64,000 bases of DNA, from contig CAWCBP010000001.1 in NCBI GenBank assembly GCA_963793865.1, positions 1 to 64,000 on the forward strand, in the 5' to 3' direction. Positions 19,780 to 29,210 of this stretch are shown piece after piece. How positions within the stretch are numbered: the stretch's first letter is position 1; every line of letters starts with the position of its first letter. The translations under genes were made by a program, and so were the position numbers. The notes under the pieces were generated by a model. That model was not told where the DNA came from. It ran no database searches and saw only the letters and a program-made list of their open reading frames with translations. Origin of the DNA: an uncultured delta proteobacterium. GTDB lineage: Bacteria; Desulfobacterota; WTBG01.

Positions 19780-21571
19780 ATGACACAGGGAGGTTACCAC
19801 GGAAGATATTTGTCTATTAATTTGACCGACGGGAGCTGGAAGACGGAATCGCTTCCGGAAGAGCTAACGTCAAAATATATAGGGGGAAGAGGCATTGGTA
19901 CCAGGCTGCTCTTTGACCGGCAGAAAGGGAAAATAGATCCCCTGTCACCGGAGAGTCACCTGGTCATTTTCACGGGGCCAATTACCGGCACCAACACACC
20001 CGGCAGTTCGCGGGCTGTATTCATCTGCAAGTCCCCCTTAAGTAATGCGATCAATCCGGCAAGCATGGGAGGCTCGTTTCCCAATGCGCTGAAGCGAACC
20101 GGGTTTGACGGCCTGGTAATCAGCGGGGCGTCTCCTCAGCCGGTATGGCTTCATATCACGCCCGATGGTGTTGTCTTTAATGATGCAAAGGACGAGTGGG
20201 GTTTGAAAACCGCGGCAGCCGAAGAGGCAATCAAGAAAAAGGCGGGAGACAAGTGCCGCGTTGCCTGTATCGGCCCGGCGGGAGAAAAAGGGGTTTTGTA
20301 CGCGGCGGTTGTTTCCGAAACGCGCACCGCATCGCGCGGCGGCGTCGGTGCGGTAATGGGGTCAAAAAATCTGAAAGCCATCGCCGTATCCGGCGATAAG
20401 CGGCCGCCCATAGCGGATAAAGAGGCCTTTGAAACCGCGGTAAAAAAGTTCCGGGAGGACCAGGAAGCAAACCCCAGCGTGGGGGGGATGCAGATCAACG
20501 GGACGGCGGGAATGGTGAGCGTGGTCAATGCCATGGGCGGACTGCCCACTAAAAACTTTCAGAACGGGGTGTTCGAAAGGGCGGAGGAGATTTCCGGCAG
20601 CTACATTGCCGAGAATCGAAAGGTGAAGGGGGTAGCCTGCGCTTCCTGCCCGGTGGGGTGTTCCCTCATAGCGGAGGTCAAGGAAGGTGCATATGCCGGC
20701 ACCAGGAGCGAAGGCCCCGAATACGAGTCAGTAGTAATGCTCGGCGCGAACCTGATGATCGGTGATCTCGATACAATTATTGTGGCAAACGGCTTGTGTG
20801 ATGAACTGGGGCTGGACACCATTTCAACCGGAAACGTGATCGGTTTTGCCATGGAATGCTACGAGAAGGGACTGCTGAGCGATGCCGATACCGGGGGTCT
20901 GCCGCTTACCTGGGGTAACGGTGAGGTGGTTCTCAAACTGATCGAGAATGATTGCCCTGAGGGAGGGGTTCGGCGACCGTCTGGCCCTGGGGGTAGCCCG
21001 CCTTTCACGGCAGATACCCGGATCAGAGTCTTTTGCCATGCATGTTAAGGGGCTCGAGCTGGCGGCATATGATCCCCGGGCGGTCTTCGGGCAGGCGCTT
21101 TCCTATGCCATCGCCCCGCGGGGCGGAGAACATGGCCGGGGCGGGTACATGATTGTTGAGTTTTTCATGTCGGATGTCAATCTTTATACCCACGAGGGTA
21201 AAGCGGAGCGCGCGGCCTATCTGTCGGAAAATGCCTGCATTTACGACATGCTCTGCGAGTGCAGCTTTAATTTTATGCCGGTGGAGCTGGTGCCGGAGTT
21301 GTTGTCTGCCGTGGTAGGAAAGGAATACACCGCGGAGCAGGTAAGAGAGGCCGCACGGCGGACCATTACCCTGGAGCGGATGTTCAACCTGCGGGAGGGA
21401 TTTTCCCGGAAGGATGACACGCTGCCGCCGCGGCTCTTGAATGAACCGCTGCCCGACGGGCTGGCTGCGGGAATGAAGGTGGAGGGACTCGATAAAATGC
21501 TTGACGAATACTACGCGCTGCGCGGCTGGGACAGGGAAGGGAATCCGCCGGGTGATCCGGCACGGCTTTAG
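19780..21571 (+). CDS. aor: Tungsten aldehyde:ferredoxin oxidoreductase, canonical type; frameshift at about 20947
   Basis: IGGRGIG, KSPL, CIGPAGE, GAVMGSKNLKAI, CASCPVGC, EGPEYE, CDELGLDTIS, EYY.LRGWD; one extra A splits the ORF. Confidence 0.9.
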
Positions 21572-21669
21572 GAGGCTGTTGAAAAACACCCATCTGGTTC
21601 GTGGCTAAAAAGCCCCTCCCCTTGAGCCACATACTATTCAGCCTATGCCACTACTTTTTCAACAGCCTG
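21572..21669. mobile_element. IS5-like MITE, copy 2, flanked by TTAG direct repeats
   Basis: GAGGCTGTTGAAAAACACCCATCTG...CTACTTTTTCAACAGCCTG; TTAG at 21568-21571 and 21670-21673. Confidence 0.7.
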
Positions 21670-21800
21670 TTAGATTCTTACGGGCTCAAATCTGAGAATT
21701 CCTCTCTCAGAAATATTTATAACCGGTAGGAGCGGCTTTAAGCCGCGAATGCATCGCGCCTGAAGGCGCTCCTACCGAAATTTTCAAATATCTTTGGCTA
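21670..21800. repeat. Composite REP-containing repeat, copy 2 (REP core 21726-21775)
   Basis: Highly similar to 967-1096. Confidence 0.8.
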
Positions 21801-21820
21801 GAGATTATAAATCCTCTTTC

Positions 21821-22529
21821 TCAGAACATGTTTTTAAAACCGTTGACATATTCCGCGGTTGGTTTTATCCGGTCGGCTATCTCCAGCAGTTTGGCATAGG
21901 GAAAGGTGTAGGTCAGCTCATGTTCGTCCAGGCCGGCGAAGGTTCTCCAGGCAGTGTCGCTGGTTGAAAAGGAGGGATCACCGGTCAGGAAGGAATAGCG
22001 TATGGTGAAGATGCAGCCGCCCATGCCCCCGAAGCCCCTGGTGAAATCTCCCAGGTAGGCGCGGCAGCGGTTCAGGATATCGGCCTGGTGCGGGGTGACA
22101 AAAAGCAATACCAGGTCGGGATCGGCAATTGCGGCCAGGGGACCGACGGCTATGCCCGTCCCGTCTACCTTCGGGTGCCGGAAAAAATCATCCACCCTGT
22201 TGTAATATGCCTTTAACGTCGCCGCATCCCGATGCATGGGGTAGGCTTTATTTTGCTCAATCATAAACTCAAGGTACTCATCCCGCGGCATGTTTTCGCA
22301 GGTGCCGGTGCCGGTTAGTGCCTCGAAACAGCCAAGGTTGTCCTTGGTCGCGTACCACGCGGCTCCGCTCTTGAGAATCTCCCCCACCAGGGCGCACATC
22401 CCCGGCGTGGCCTGCCCCTGGTAGTGCGGCACGTCGTCGGGCGTGCTGCTGCATCGCCTTGACGGCAATGACCTCCTTTTGTACCTTGAGGTCTTCTTTC
22501 AAGGTTTTGATGAGTTCATCCCGGGTCAT
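21821..22529 (-). CDS. DUF169-like protein; frameshift at about 22452
   Basis: MTRDELIKTLKEDL..VIAVK joins ..GMCALV..GC..PDLVLLFVTPHQA..ELTYTFP after removing one base. Confidence 0.7.
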
Positions 22530-22584
22530 GCTGTCCCCCTTGGTCATCCATGATCCTGGCGCTGCACGGCAGATCTTGTTTCCT

Positions 22585-24549
22585 TCATCTTTCCGCAGAA
22601 AGCAAACCCGCTTTTTCCATTTCCTCGCATAAAAATCCGAGGTCCGCATTCTCAAGGCACTGCCGTGTCTGCAGGCCGCTTGCCGGGTCCCAGCCCCGCA
22701 TGCGGTAATACTCGTCCTTCATCACTTCAAAGGCCTTCCGGTCAAGGGTCATGCCCTTGCGGGAGATGATTGCGTCCCCTCTGCCCGGCAGCTCCAGATC
22801 GGGATTGAACATGCCGAAGACACCTTCCGAGGATGTAAGCGGCTCTGTAAAATTAAACTCACCCAGAGTGTCCTGTGCCCTGCCTGCTCTGCCTTCCCTC
22901 CCCATGATTGCGCGCTGGAGATTGAAAGAGCGCTCGCCGAGCGCCAGGTAGTCATGCTCGCTCAATTGTCTCCCGGTTACCGCCTCAAAGAGCCGGGGTA
23001 CCAGCGTGGGATCACCCAGATGATCCTCCTTTTGGTCCGTGTCGAGTATGGGATAATACCGGTCACAGGCCACCATGCATTCCTTGGCGTGCTGGCGGTT
23101 CTGAATAATGAACGCTGCCTGTGCCTTGCCCTCATAAGTGGAAAAATCTGCTGCCTCCTCGCTGCCCCATGCACGTTTGGCTATCCTGCGCAGATCATGG
23201 GTGGTGATGGGGGACATGGCCCCGCCTGTCGTATGCCAGAGCGCCCACTTCAGCAGGATAAAATTCACCTCGTGGAGCTGCACTATGGGGTTCCTGGGCT
23301 CGGTGGCGTAAAAGAGCGAGGTTATCAAAAACACCCGGGCGCCGTAGGAGTCATTCACGTATCCGGAGGGAGTGACCCGTGCCAGGGCCAGCGCTTCCGC
23401 CTCTTTTCCCAGCTCCCGCGAAGCCCTGCGGGTTCCCTGGGCAAGCAGTTCGCCGAAGCCCTTCATCTGAACGATCTGTTCAATCAGGCAATTGATAAAT
23501 TCGAGGCTGCCGATTTTCGAGAGGGGAAGGCCGGTTTCTTTTTCGTCCAGCACGCCCTTCTGAAAACACTCGTGGAGCCAGTGAATGAGGTTGGTAACTT
23601 CTCCGGTGCACACTCCATAGCGGTTGCAGAGCGAAGTGGCCAGGAAGGGGTTTTCGGTCGCTTTGCCGTAATACATTTGATCCCAGGGTGTATAAAAGTA
23701 AGAAGAGGCGCAGCCCTTCCGTACCTCAACCAGTCCGGTGGTGTGCTTATAATGCGATCTGCTGCATGCGGCGGGGCAGCTGTAGCAGGGCGCGGCCTTG
23801 ACCTTGTCGATGCCTTCCAGCATGGGCTCGGTCATAAAAACACTCTCATTCAGTCCCTTGCGCAGAAAAGCCGCCTGCCGGTTTACCTCGCGTACCCGTT
23901 CCGGATGGGCCACGGCGACCTTTCTGCCGCCTTTCACGACTATCGCCTTCAGATTCTTGGACCCCATGACGGCGCCCATGCCGTTGGAAAGACCGCCGCC
24001 CTGGTCGGTGGCGGCAATGGCAAAGCGTATCATCTTCTCACCGGCAGGCCCGATGCAAATAATCCTGGCGCTGCCGCCGTGCTCTTCCTTCAGGCGCCCC
24101 GTGGTTTCATCGGTGGTGAGCCCCTGGAGTCCCTGTGCGCTTTTGAGTACGGCATTGTCATTCTCGATGAGAAGATACGATGTCTCCCTTGCCTTTCCGT
24201 TTATGATCAGTCCGTCATAGCCGGCATGCTTCAGGCCGGCGCCGAAAAAACCGCCCCCGTTGCCGAATCCGTACTGGTCCGGATAGGAGAGGGGGGACTT
24301 GGAGCTCATGACCCAGCGGGAGCAGGCAGTTGCCGGTGTTCCCGTGAGCGGTCCGGGTATGATCAGCAGACAGTTATCAGGCTCCAGAGCGCCCGTGCGG
24401 GGTGCTACCTCATCCCGGTAGAGGCGCGCGGCGAGCATTCTTCCCCCGATGAAGGTATCCAGGTAATCCCTGCTCGACACCGTGCTCTGTTCTCCCGAAG
24501 AGAGATCAAACCTCAGAATTGTTCCTGTCCATCCGTACAGCGTTTCCAT
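22585..24549 (-). CDS. AOR-family oxidoreductase, divergent (no EGPEYE motif)
   Basis: YGWTGTILR, IGGR, KSPL, CIGPAGE, GAVMGSKNLKAI, CYSCPAAC, EYYRMRGWD. Confidence 0.9.
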   Translation of the reverse strand: METLYGWTGTILRFDLSSGEQSTVSSRDYLDTFIGGRMLAARLYRDEVAPRTGALEPDNCLLIIPGPLTGTPATACSRWVMSSKSPLSYPDQYGFGNGGGFFGAGLKHAGYDGLIINGKARETSYLLIENDNAVLKSAQGLQGLTTDETTGRLKEEHGGSARIICIGPAGEKMIRFAIAATDQGGGLSNGMGAVMGSKNLKAIVVKGGRKVAVAHPERVREVNRQAAFLRKGLNESVFMTEPMLEGIDKVKAAPCYSCPAACSRSHYKHTTGLVEVRKGCASSYFYTPWDQMYYGKATENPFLATSLCNRYGVCTGEVTNLIHWLHECFQKGVLDEKETGLPLSKIGSLEFINCLIEQIVQMKGFGELLAQGTRRASRELGKEAEALALARVTPSGYVNDSYGARVFLITSLFYATEPRNPIVQLHEVNFILLKWALWHTTGGAMSPITTHDLRRIAKRAWGSEEAADFSTYEGKAQAAFIIQNRQHAKECMVACDRYYPILDTDQKEDHLGDPTLVPRLFEAVTGRQLSEHDYLALGERSFNLQRAIMGREGRAGRAQDTLGEFNFTEPLTSSEGVFGMFNPDLELPGRGDAIISRKGMTLDRKAFEVMKDEYYRMRGWDPASGLQTRQCLENADLGFLCEEMEKAGLLSAER

Positions 24550-24574
24550 ATGCTGAATCCTTGTGCCAAACCTC

Positions 24575-24799
24575 TCAGCTCTTCTGTGACAGCCGTCGGT
24601 AATAGCTTTTTGAAAGGTAGAGCGCCGCCATGGGGTTGTGTCCCAGGACCCGGTCTTTGGTGGCGAACACCGTGGTGTAGGCTATGGTATCCCCCATGAA
24701 AAGCGTGGGGCAGTTTTCCGGACCTTTGCCTGTCTCCGATAAACAAATCTTCTCCTGAAACGGACAGGTGCTGCAGGACGGATCCTTTATATTCTTCAT
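24575..24799 (-). pseudogene. Internally deleted DUF1847-like gene (N- and C-termini joined in frame)
   Basis: CSTC....C....GKGPENCPT directly followed by TTVFATKDRVLGHNPMAALY; only 74 aa; RBS intact. Confidence 0.6.
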
Positions 24800-24943
24800 A
24801 AACTTCCTCCTTTGAGCTCGCACCTACAGCACTATCACCCGCTCCCTGAACCGTCAACTTCTTATTCTTCCCGGTTGAGGCGCGACATGAAAAAGATTTG
24901 TTTGTAACCGATAGCAAACAAATATCTATTCGTTAGTTTTTCC

Positions 24944-26122
24944 CTACATGAGGTTAAGCTCCTTGTGTTTGCCTGCAATTGTTGCGGCCAGATCATCCAG
25001 TGCCTTAAAATCACCTGCCGAGGGCAATCCCTTGCAGAGTACGGGATTTAAGACCTCTACCTTCAGATTGGGGATCATTGCGGCAAGGGTTTCCACGGTC
25101 CTTCCTCCCCATCCGTATGATCCGATGATGGAAAGGAATTTTACCCTGGGCCGCAGGGCATTCGCCAGAAATGCTGCATACGCAGCCAGGGGATGAGGAC
25201 CGGCCAGAACGGTCGGCACACCTACAACGATGGTCGCCGCATCAACCAGCGCCATGGCCAGTTTTCCGATATCGGTGACTGCCAGGTTGAACAGTTCGAC
25301 ACGAACACCGCGCTCGACGAGTGCGGAAGTGAGATGATCAACCATCTGCCTGGTGCTGCCGTGCATTGAAACAAACGGCAAAACCACCAGATTATGGGGG
25401 GCTCCGGTTACCCACTCCCGGTAGGCATCCATGATCCAGTCCGGCCGGTCATAGATCTGGCCATGGCTGGGGGCGATCATCTGAATGTCATACCCTTTGA
25501 GTTTTGCAATATTTGCTTCGATCACATTGCGAAAGGGCATCATGATCTCGGCAAAATAGCGTTTGGCGGCTTCATGCACGCGCCCCTGGTCGGTTACGAA
25601 AAGATCGCTGCTGGCGATATGGGAACCAAAGAAGTCGCAGCTGAAGAGGATGCGATCTTCCTGCAGATAGGTAACCATGGTTTCAGGCCAGTGCACCCAG
25701 GGTGTATGGATGAACGTCAGGGTCTTGTCGCCGAGAGAGAGTTTTTCGCCGTCTTCCACGGTGACAAACGCGCTTTCCGGGATTTTGAGAAGATCGATGA
25801 GCATGCCCTTGGCCTTGGGGCTCACTACCACTTTCGCGCGGGGATGACGTTCCAGCACGCGGGGTATGGTTCCGGAATGGTCCTGCTCGGCATGGTGCGA
25901 GACGATGAAATCGATGGTGCTCACGCCATCCAGTTGCGCCAGCAATTCATCGGCCATGGGCGGATCGACCGTATCCAGCAGGACGGTTTTTTCACTTCCT
26001 GCCACGAGGTAGGCATTGTAGGTAGTGCCGTCCGGAAGCGGAATGAGGGAGTCAAAAAGGCGCCTGTCCCAATCAACGGCTCCCAGCCGGTAAATCTTTT
26101 CCCTTATTTGTCTCCTGTGCAT
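24944..26122 (-). CDS. fprA: FprA-type flavodiiron protein (O2/NO reductase)
   Basis: GTTYNAY, HAEQDHSG, HWPET, SCDFFG, APSHG, followed by a flavodoxin domain SMHGST. Confidence 0.93.
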   Translation of the reverse strand: MHRRQIREKIYRLGAVDWDRRLFDSLIPLPDGTTYNAYLVAGSEKTVLLDTVDPPMADELLAQLDGVSTIDFIVSHHAEQDHSGTIPRVLERHPRAKVVVSPKAKGMLIDLLKIPESAFVTVEDGEKLSLGDKTLTFIHTPWVHWPETMVTYLQEDRILFSCDFFGSHIASSDLFVTDQGRVHEAAKRYFAEIMMPFRNVIEANIAKLKGYDIQMIAPSHGQIYDRPDWIMDAYREWVTGAPHNLVVLPFVSMHGSTRQMVDHLTSALVERGVRVELFNLAVTDIGKLAMALVDAATIVVGVPTVLAGPHPLAAYAAFLANALRPRVKFLSIIGSYGWGGRTVETLAAMIPNLKVEVLNPVLCKGLPSAGDFKALDDLAATIAGKHKELNLM

Positions 26123-26417
26123 GTGAACACCTCCTTTGATATTCGTAATGTGGTCATCATAGTCTCTACCGCAGGTAATGTGCTTATCTCACAGACCTGC
26201 CGCTTTGACGGTTGACTTTCCATTTTCCCATGTTTTCTTCAACGGCAGTTTGCCCGGCATCATGTGCAGGAGAACCATTTTAACCGGTGTTATCTTTATC
26301 AGGTTGAACTGCTTGAGGCCCATCTCCAGTGTTTTTTCCTGCTGTTCTGCGGGGATTGCGCCCATTTGGACAAGCTCCTCTATGACGCCGATTGCCGCCT
26401 CCTGTCCCCCGAACGTG

Positions 26418-26990
26418 CTACCACCGCGGTGCATATCCGGCGGGAGCACATTCAGGACAGAGCAACTTGCCTTCACAGAGCGTCAACCGGGGTTCCATGG
26501 TAAGCTCTCCGCATCGGGCGCACTGTCGGGAAGAAAATATTCTCGCCCGTTCAGGCAGGGGATACTTTTTTACGTACCGCAGGCTGAAAAGCTTCTCTGC
26601 AGGTATCCCCAGAAGCGAGAGGGCGACCGCTTCCTTGCTTGTGCGCTTTGACCGCCTCATGTTCTTCATGGCAGGGGGCGCCTGGAAGGAGAGGCGCATG
26701 CCTCGTGCCGGGCTCTTGCGCCTGCGGGTAAGAAATATGAAAACCATCTTCCCGTAGTCCTGCACCAAGAGGTTGCCTTTACCCAGGGTACATCCGGTCA
26801 TACATTGCACCGCGTCAACGGCACAGCTGTCGGACATGGCGATGCAGATAAGCTCTTCATCCTCTGACCTCTTCCACTTCATTTTCTGCATGGCGACCTT
26901 TGCGGCGAGATATCCGATGGTCACACCGGGACAGAGATGACCGTGAAAATCAATACACCGCGCCAAATCCTTCGGGATGGCTGCTTGCAT
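26418..26990 (-). CDS. FmdE/FwdE-family protein with C-terminal Zn finger
   Basis: FHGHLCPG, SCAVDAVQCMTGCTLGKGN, CARCGE..CPEC. Confidence 0.92.
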   Translation of the reverse strand: MQAAIPKDLARCIDFHGHLCPGVTIGYLAAKVAMQKMKWKRSEDEELICIAMSDSCAVDAVQCMTGCTLGKGNLLVQDYGKMVFIFLTRRRKSPARGMRLSFQAPPAMKNMRRSKRTSKEAVALSLLGIPAEKLFSLRYVKKYPLPERARIFSSRQCARCGELTMEPRLTLCEGKLLCPECAPAGYAPRW

Positions 26991-27211
26991 TTCTTCCGTC
27001 TCCTTTTATTTTGCAGTTGATTCTAAAGAAAGGTGCAGGCAACTAAAATCGGTGGTACGATGTTCGAGTCATGCTGAGCAGAAGCGATAGATGAAACTAT
27101 TTCTGCATATGAGCTCGAGATTGCGCTTTGCGACAGTGCTCCTTCAAGAGGGTAGGTCGCACTGGCCCATGTGGTTACTCTGTGCTTTTTATATGCGGTT
27201 TTTATTCTGTA

Positions 27212-27934
27212 TCAGGGGGCAAACAGGAATTCCTTCATGAAGCGCTCCCCCCACTCTTCGCCGAAATAGCTTTTGAGGGGCGAGCTGCCGGGATCCTTAT
27301 AGGCATAGTCGTACCGGTAATCCTCCATGTATTGCTCGCGCAGGGCCAGCACCTTCCGGTCGGTAACCGGCTCCGCCCTTTTAATGACATCGCAGAACAC
27401 CGTAAGGTAATCTTTAAACGCCTTTTCAACATCGGGGAGATACTGGCCATCACACCAGCGATACAGCGCGTACCCCGAGTCGTAGCGCTTTGCCCAGTCA
27501 TGAACCTCCCTGCGTCCCCCCTCCGCCTGGGGAATATAGCTGTATCTCTCTGATATTGCTTTGAGCGGCTCAATGTATTTCTCCATGTACTCCCGATCCT
27601 TTGAAATGGGATGCAGGTCAAGCACGGCGATCAAAAATCTGCTTGCGTACACAAAGGTGAAACCGAAGATGGGAAAATTGTACCCTTTGCCCGGGGGGAT
27701 GCTTCCGAAATGAACCACCATGGAACCGGAGTAGTTCATTTCTCCCATGCGTATTCCTCCCGTCTTGGGGCAGTCGAAATACTCGCTTTGTATGTTCGCC
27801 CCCTTGCTTTTTTCTGTCGAATGCTTGAGCTTGAAATCGGGGTTAAGCGGCAGCGGCTTGAGCGCAAACGCCTTGCTCATATCTTCATACAATAGCTGGT
27901 TAAACCGGATGGAATACTTTGTCTCATCATTCAT
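27212..27934 (-). CDS. Ferredoxin-dependent bilin reductase (FDBR) family homolog, divergent
   Basis: YNFPIFGFTFV..IAVLDLHP and C-terminal Y..DY..KDP....LKSYFGEEWGERFMKEFLF match the FDBR (PcyA/PebA/PebB/HY2) pattern; GGAGG RBS. Confidence 0.75.
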   Translation of the reverse strand: MNDETKYSIRFNQLLYEDMSKAFALKPLPLNPDFKLKHSTEKSKGANIQSEYFDCPKTGGIRMGEMNYSGSMVVHFGSIPPGKGYNFPIFGFTFVYASRFLIAVLDLHPISKDREYMEKYIEPLKAISERYSYIPQAEGGRREVHDWAKRYDSGYALYRWCDGQYLPDVEKAFKDYLTVFCDVIKRAEPVTDRKVLALREQYMEDYRYDYAYKDPGSSPLKSYFGEEWGERFMKEFLFAP

Positions 27935-27991
27935 GCGCTGATCCTCCGTGCCGATGCGAAAAATGTTTGAGTCGAAAATAATATCTGCTTC

Positions 27992-28019
27992 GTACGGGCA
28001 ACCGGCCGGTTGCCCCTAC
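27992..28019. repeat. REP-B palindrome (GTAGGGGCGACCGGCCGGTCGCCCCTAC family)
   Basis: Variant copy; others at 38269, 44549, 46536, 59268. Confidence 0.8.
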
Positions 28020-28076
28020 ATGTGGATAAGATTTACCGCAGTTAATTTTCATGCTTGATGGTGTTCGAAAGTCCCA

Positions 28077-28853
28077 TTACTTCCTCATCCAGCGCTGCGA
28101 TGTTCTGAATTCCGTGCCCGCAAGTGTTCCGTCAACCAGGACGATCTGTTCGATGGTGATTTTTGTCATGGCCATTTCTTTTTTTATGATTGCTTTCCAC
28201 CCCTCAACGGTAAGCTTCCTGGCCGCAGCTCCGTACTGGTAGGGATACACGCTGAGGCCCTCTTCAAATTCCTTTGCCGAGGCGTCGAGGATCTCCGCCC
28301 TGCCCACCACCTGGATACAGAGGGTGTTGGCGAAATTATCATCGAACTCGCGGTGCCAGTTCAGGCTCACGTAAGGATTGTTCTTAATGTGCATGAGCTT
28401 TGCGGTTCTTTTTTCATGGAGTCCGTACAGCACTTGCCGTTTGGTGTCCAGGGCGAATTCCGCCGTGGTGGTAGCGGGCTTGTTGTTCATGGAGGTGGCC
28501 AGCACCATGGTTCTTTTGAAGCCCTTCTGCTTGAATATCTCGACTACACGATCCCACACTTTTTCCTTCGGCATGATTCCTTCGCCCGCCTTCCACTTGA
28601 GGTAGTCCCCGGTCAGCCAGGCCTCGGTCGCCGTCGTCCTGGCATCAAGCTTGAGCTCGTGGCAGTCGTTGCAGGTCACCCCTTCCTCTATGGCCGGATG
28701 GTTCTCGTTAAGTGCCGCATTTGCGTCAATCGGCTGTGCCTCGGAGACAGCCGGCTCCTTTACATCCTCGCCATGGGCTCTGTTTGAAGTTCCCAGGCTC
28801 AACACCAGCATCGCGCAGCCAAAGAAAATGGACACCGTGTTCATACCCGTCAT
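28077..28853 (-). CDS. Exported monoheme-c (CNDCH) protein fused to a PNPOx-like split-barrel domain
   Basis: Signal-like N-terminus ending AHG; CNDCH; MVLATSMNNKP..T.K..HIKNNPYVSL..IQVVGRAEI. Confidence 0.72.
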   Translation of the reverse strand: MTGMNTVSIFFGCAMLVLSLGTSNRAHGEDVKEPAVSEAQPIDANAALNENHPAIEEGVTCNDCHELKLDARTTATEAWLTGDYLKWKAGEGIMPKEKVWDRVVEIFKQKGFKRTMVLATSMNNKPATTTAEFALDTKRQVLYGLHEKRTAKLMHIKNNPYVSLNWHREFDDNFANTLCIQVVGRAEILDASAKEFEEGLSVYPYQYGAAARKLTVEGWKAIIKKEMAMTKITIEQIVLVDGTLAGTEFRTSQRWMRK

Positions 28854-29037
28854 GATGTTCTCCTTTAGTGAGAGTTGAAGAGGTTGCAATGCGCGCCGCT
28901 CAGTACAAGCGCTCTGCCGGCACCAGTTTTATCACTTTTCGCAGCAGTCGCAAGGAATATTTTTTGTCTGTTGGGGAGGAAGGTGAATTTTCCTTCCTCG
29001 CAGAACCGAAAGCGACCGAAACCTCCATTTCAGGCAG

Positions 29038-29067
29038 AACCCTCAGTAGCATTGCTGAGGGTTTTTT
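29038..29067 (+). terminator. Terminator-like hairpin upstream of the lipoprotein gene
   Basis: AACCCTCAG/CTGAGGGTT stem plus T-run. Confidence 0.55.
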
Positions 29068-29210
29068 CTCAGGGCTATGCAGGAGACATTTTTATTTTCT
29101 GATGACCGCGCCTGACGCATGCCCGTGGTAGAGTCTTTTTATCCGGAATTGAAAGCTCAGGGAAAAACAAAAACCTGTTTTAATGCTGTGTTCAGCGGCG
29201 GAGGTGATCC

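Noticed and set aside
22954..24699. 581-aa plus-strand ORF
   Set aside because: Antisense shadow of the AOR gene; no motifs, typical of GC-rich codon bias
28965..29040. Glycine or c-di-AMP riboswitch
   Set aside because: Only short words (ACCGAA, TTTCAGG) match; overall consensus and gene context do not
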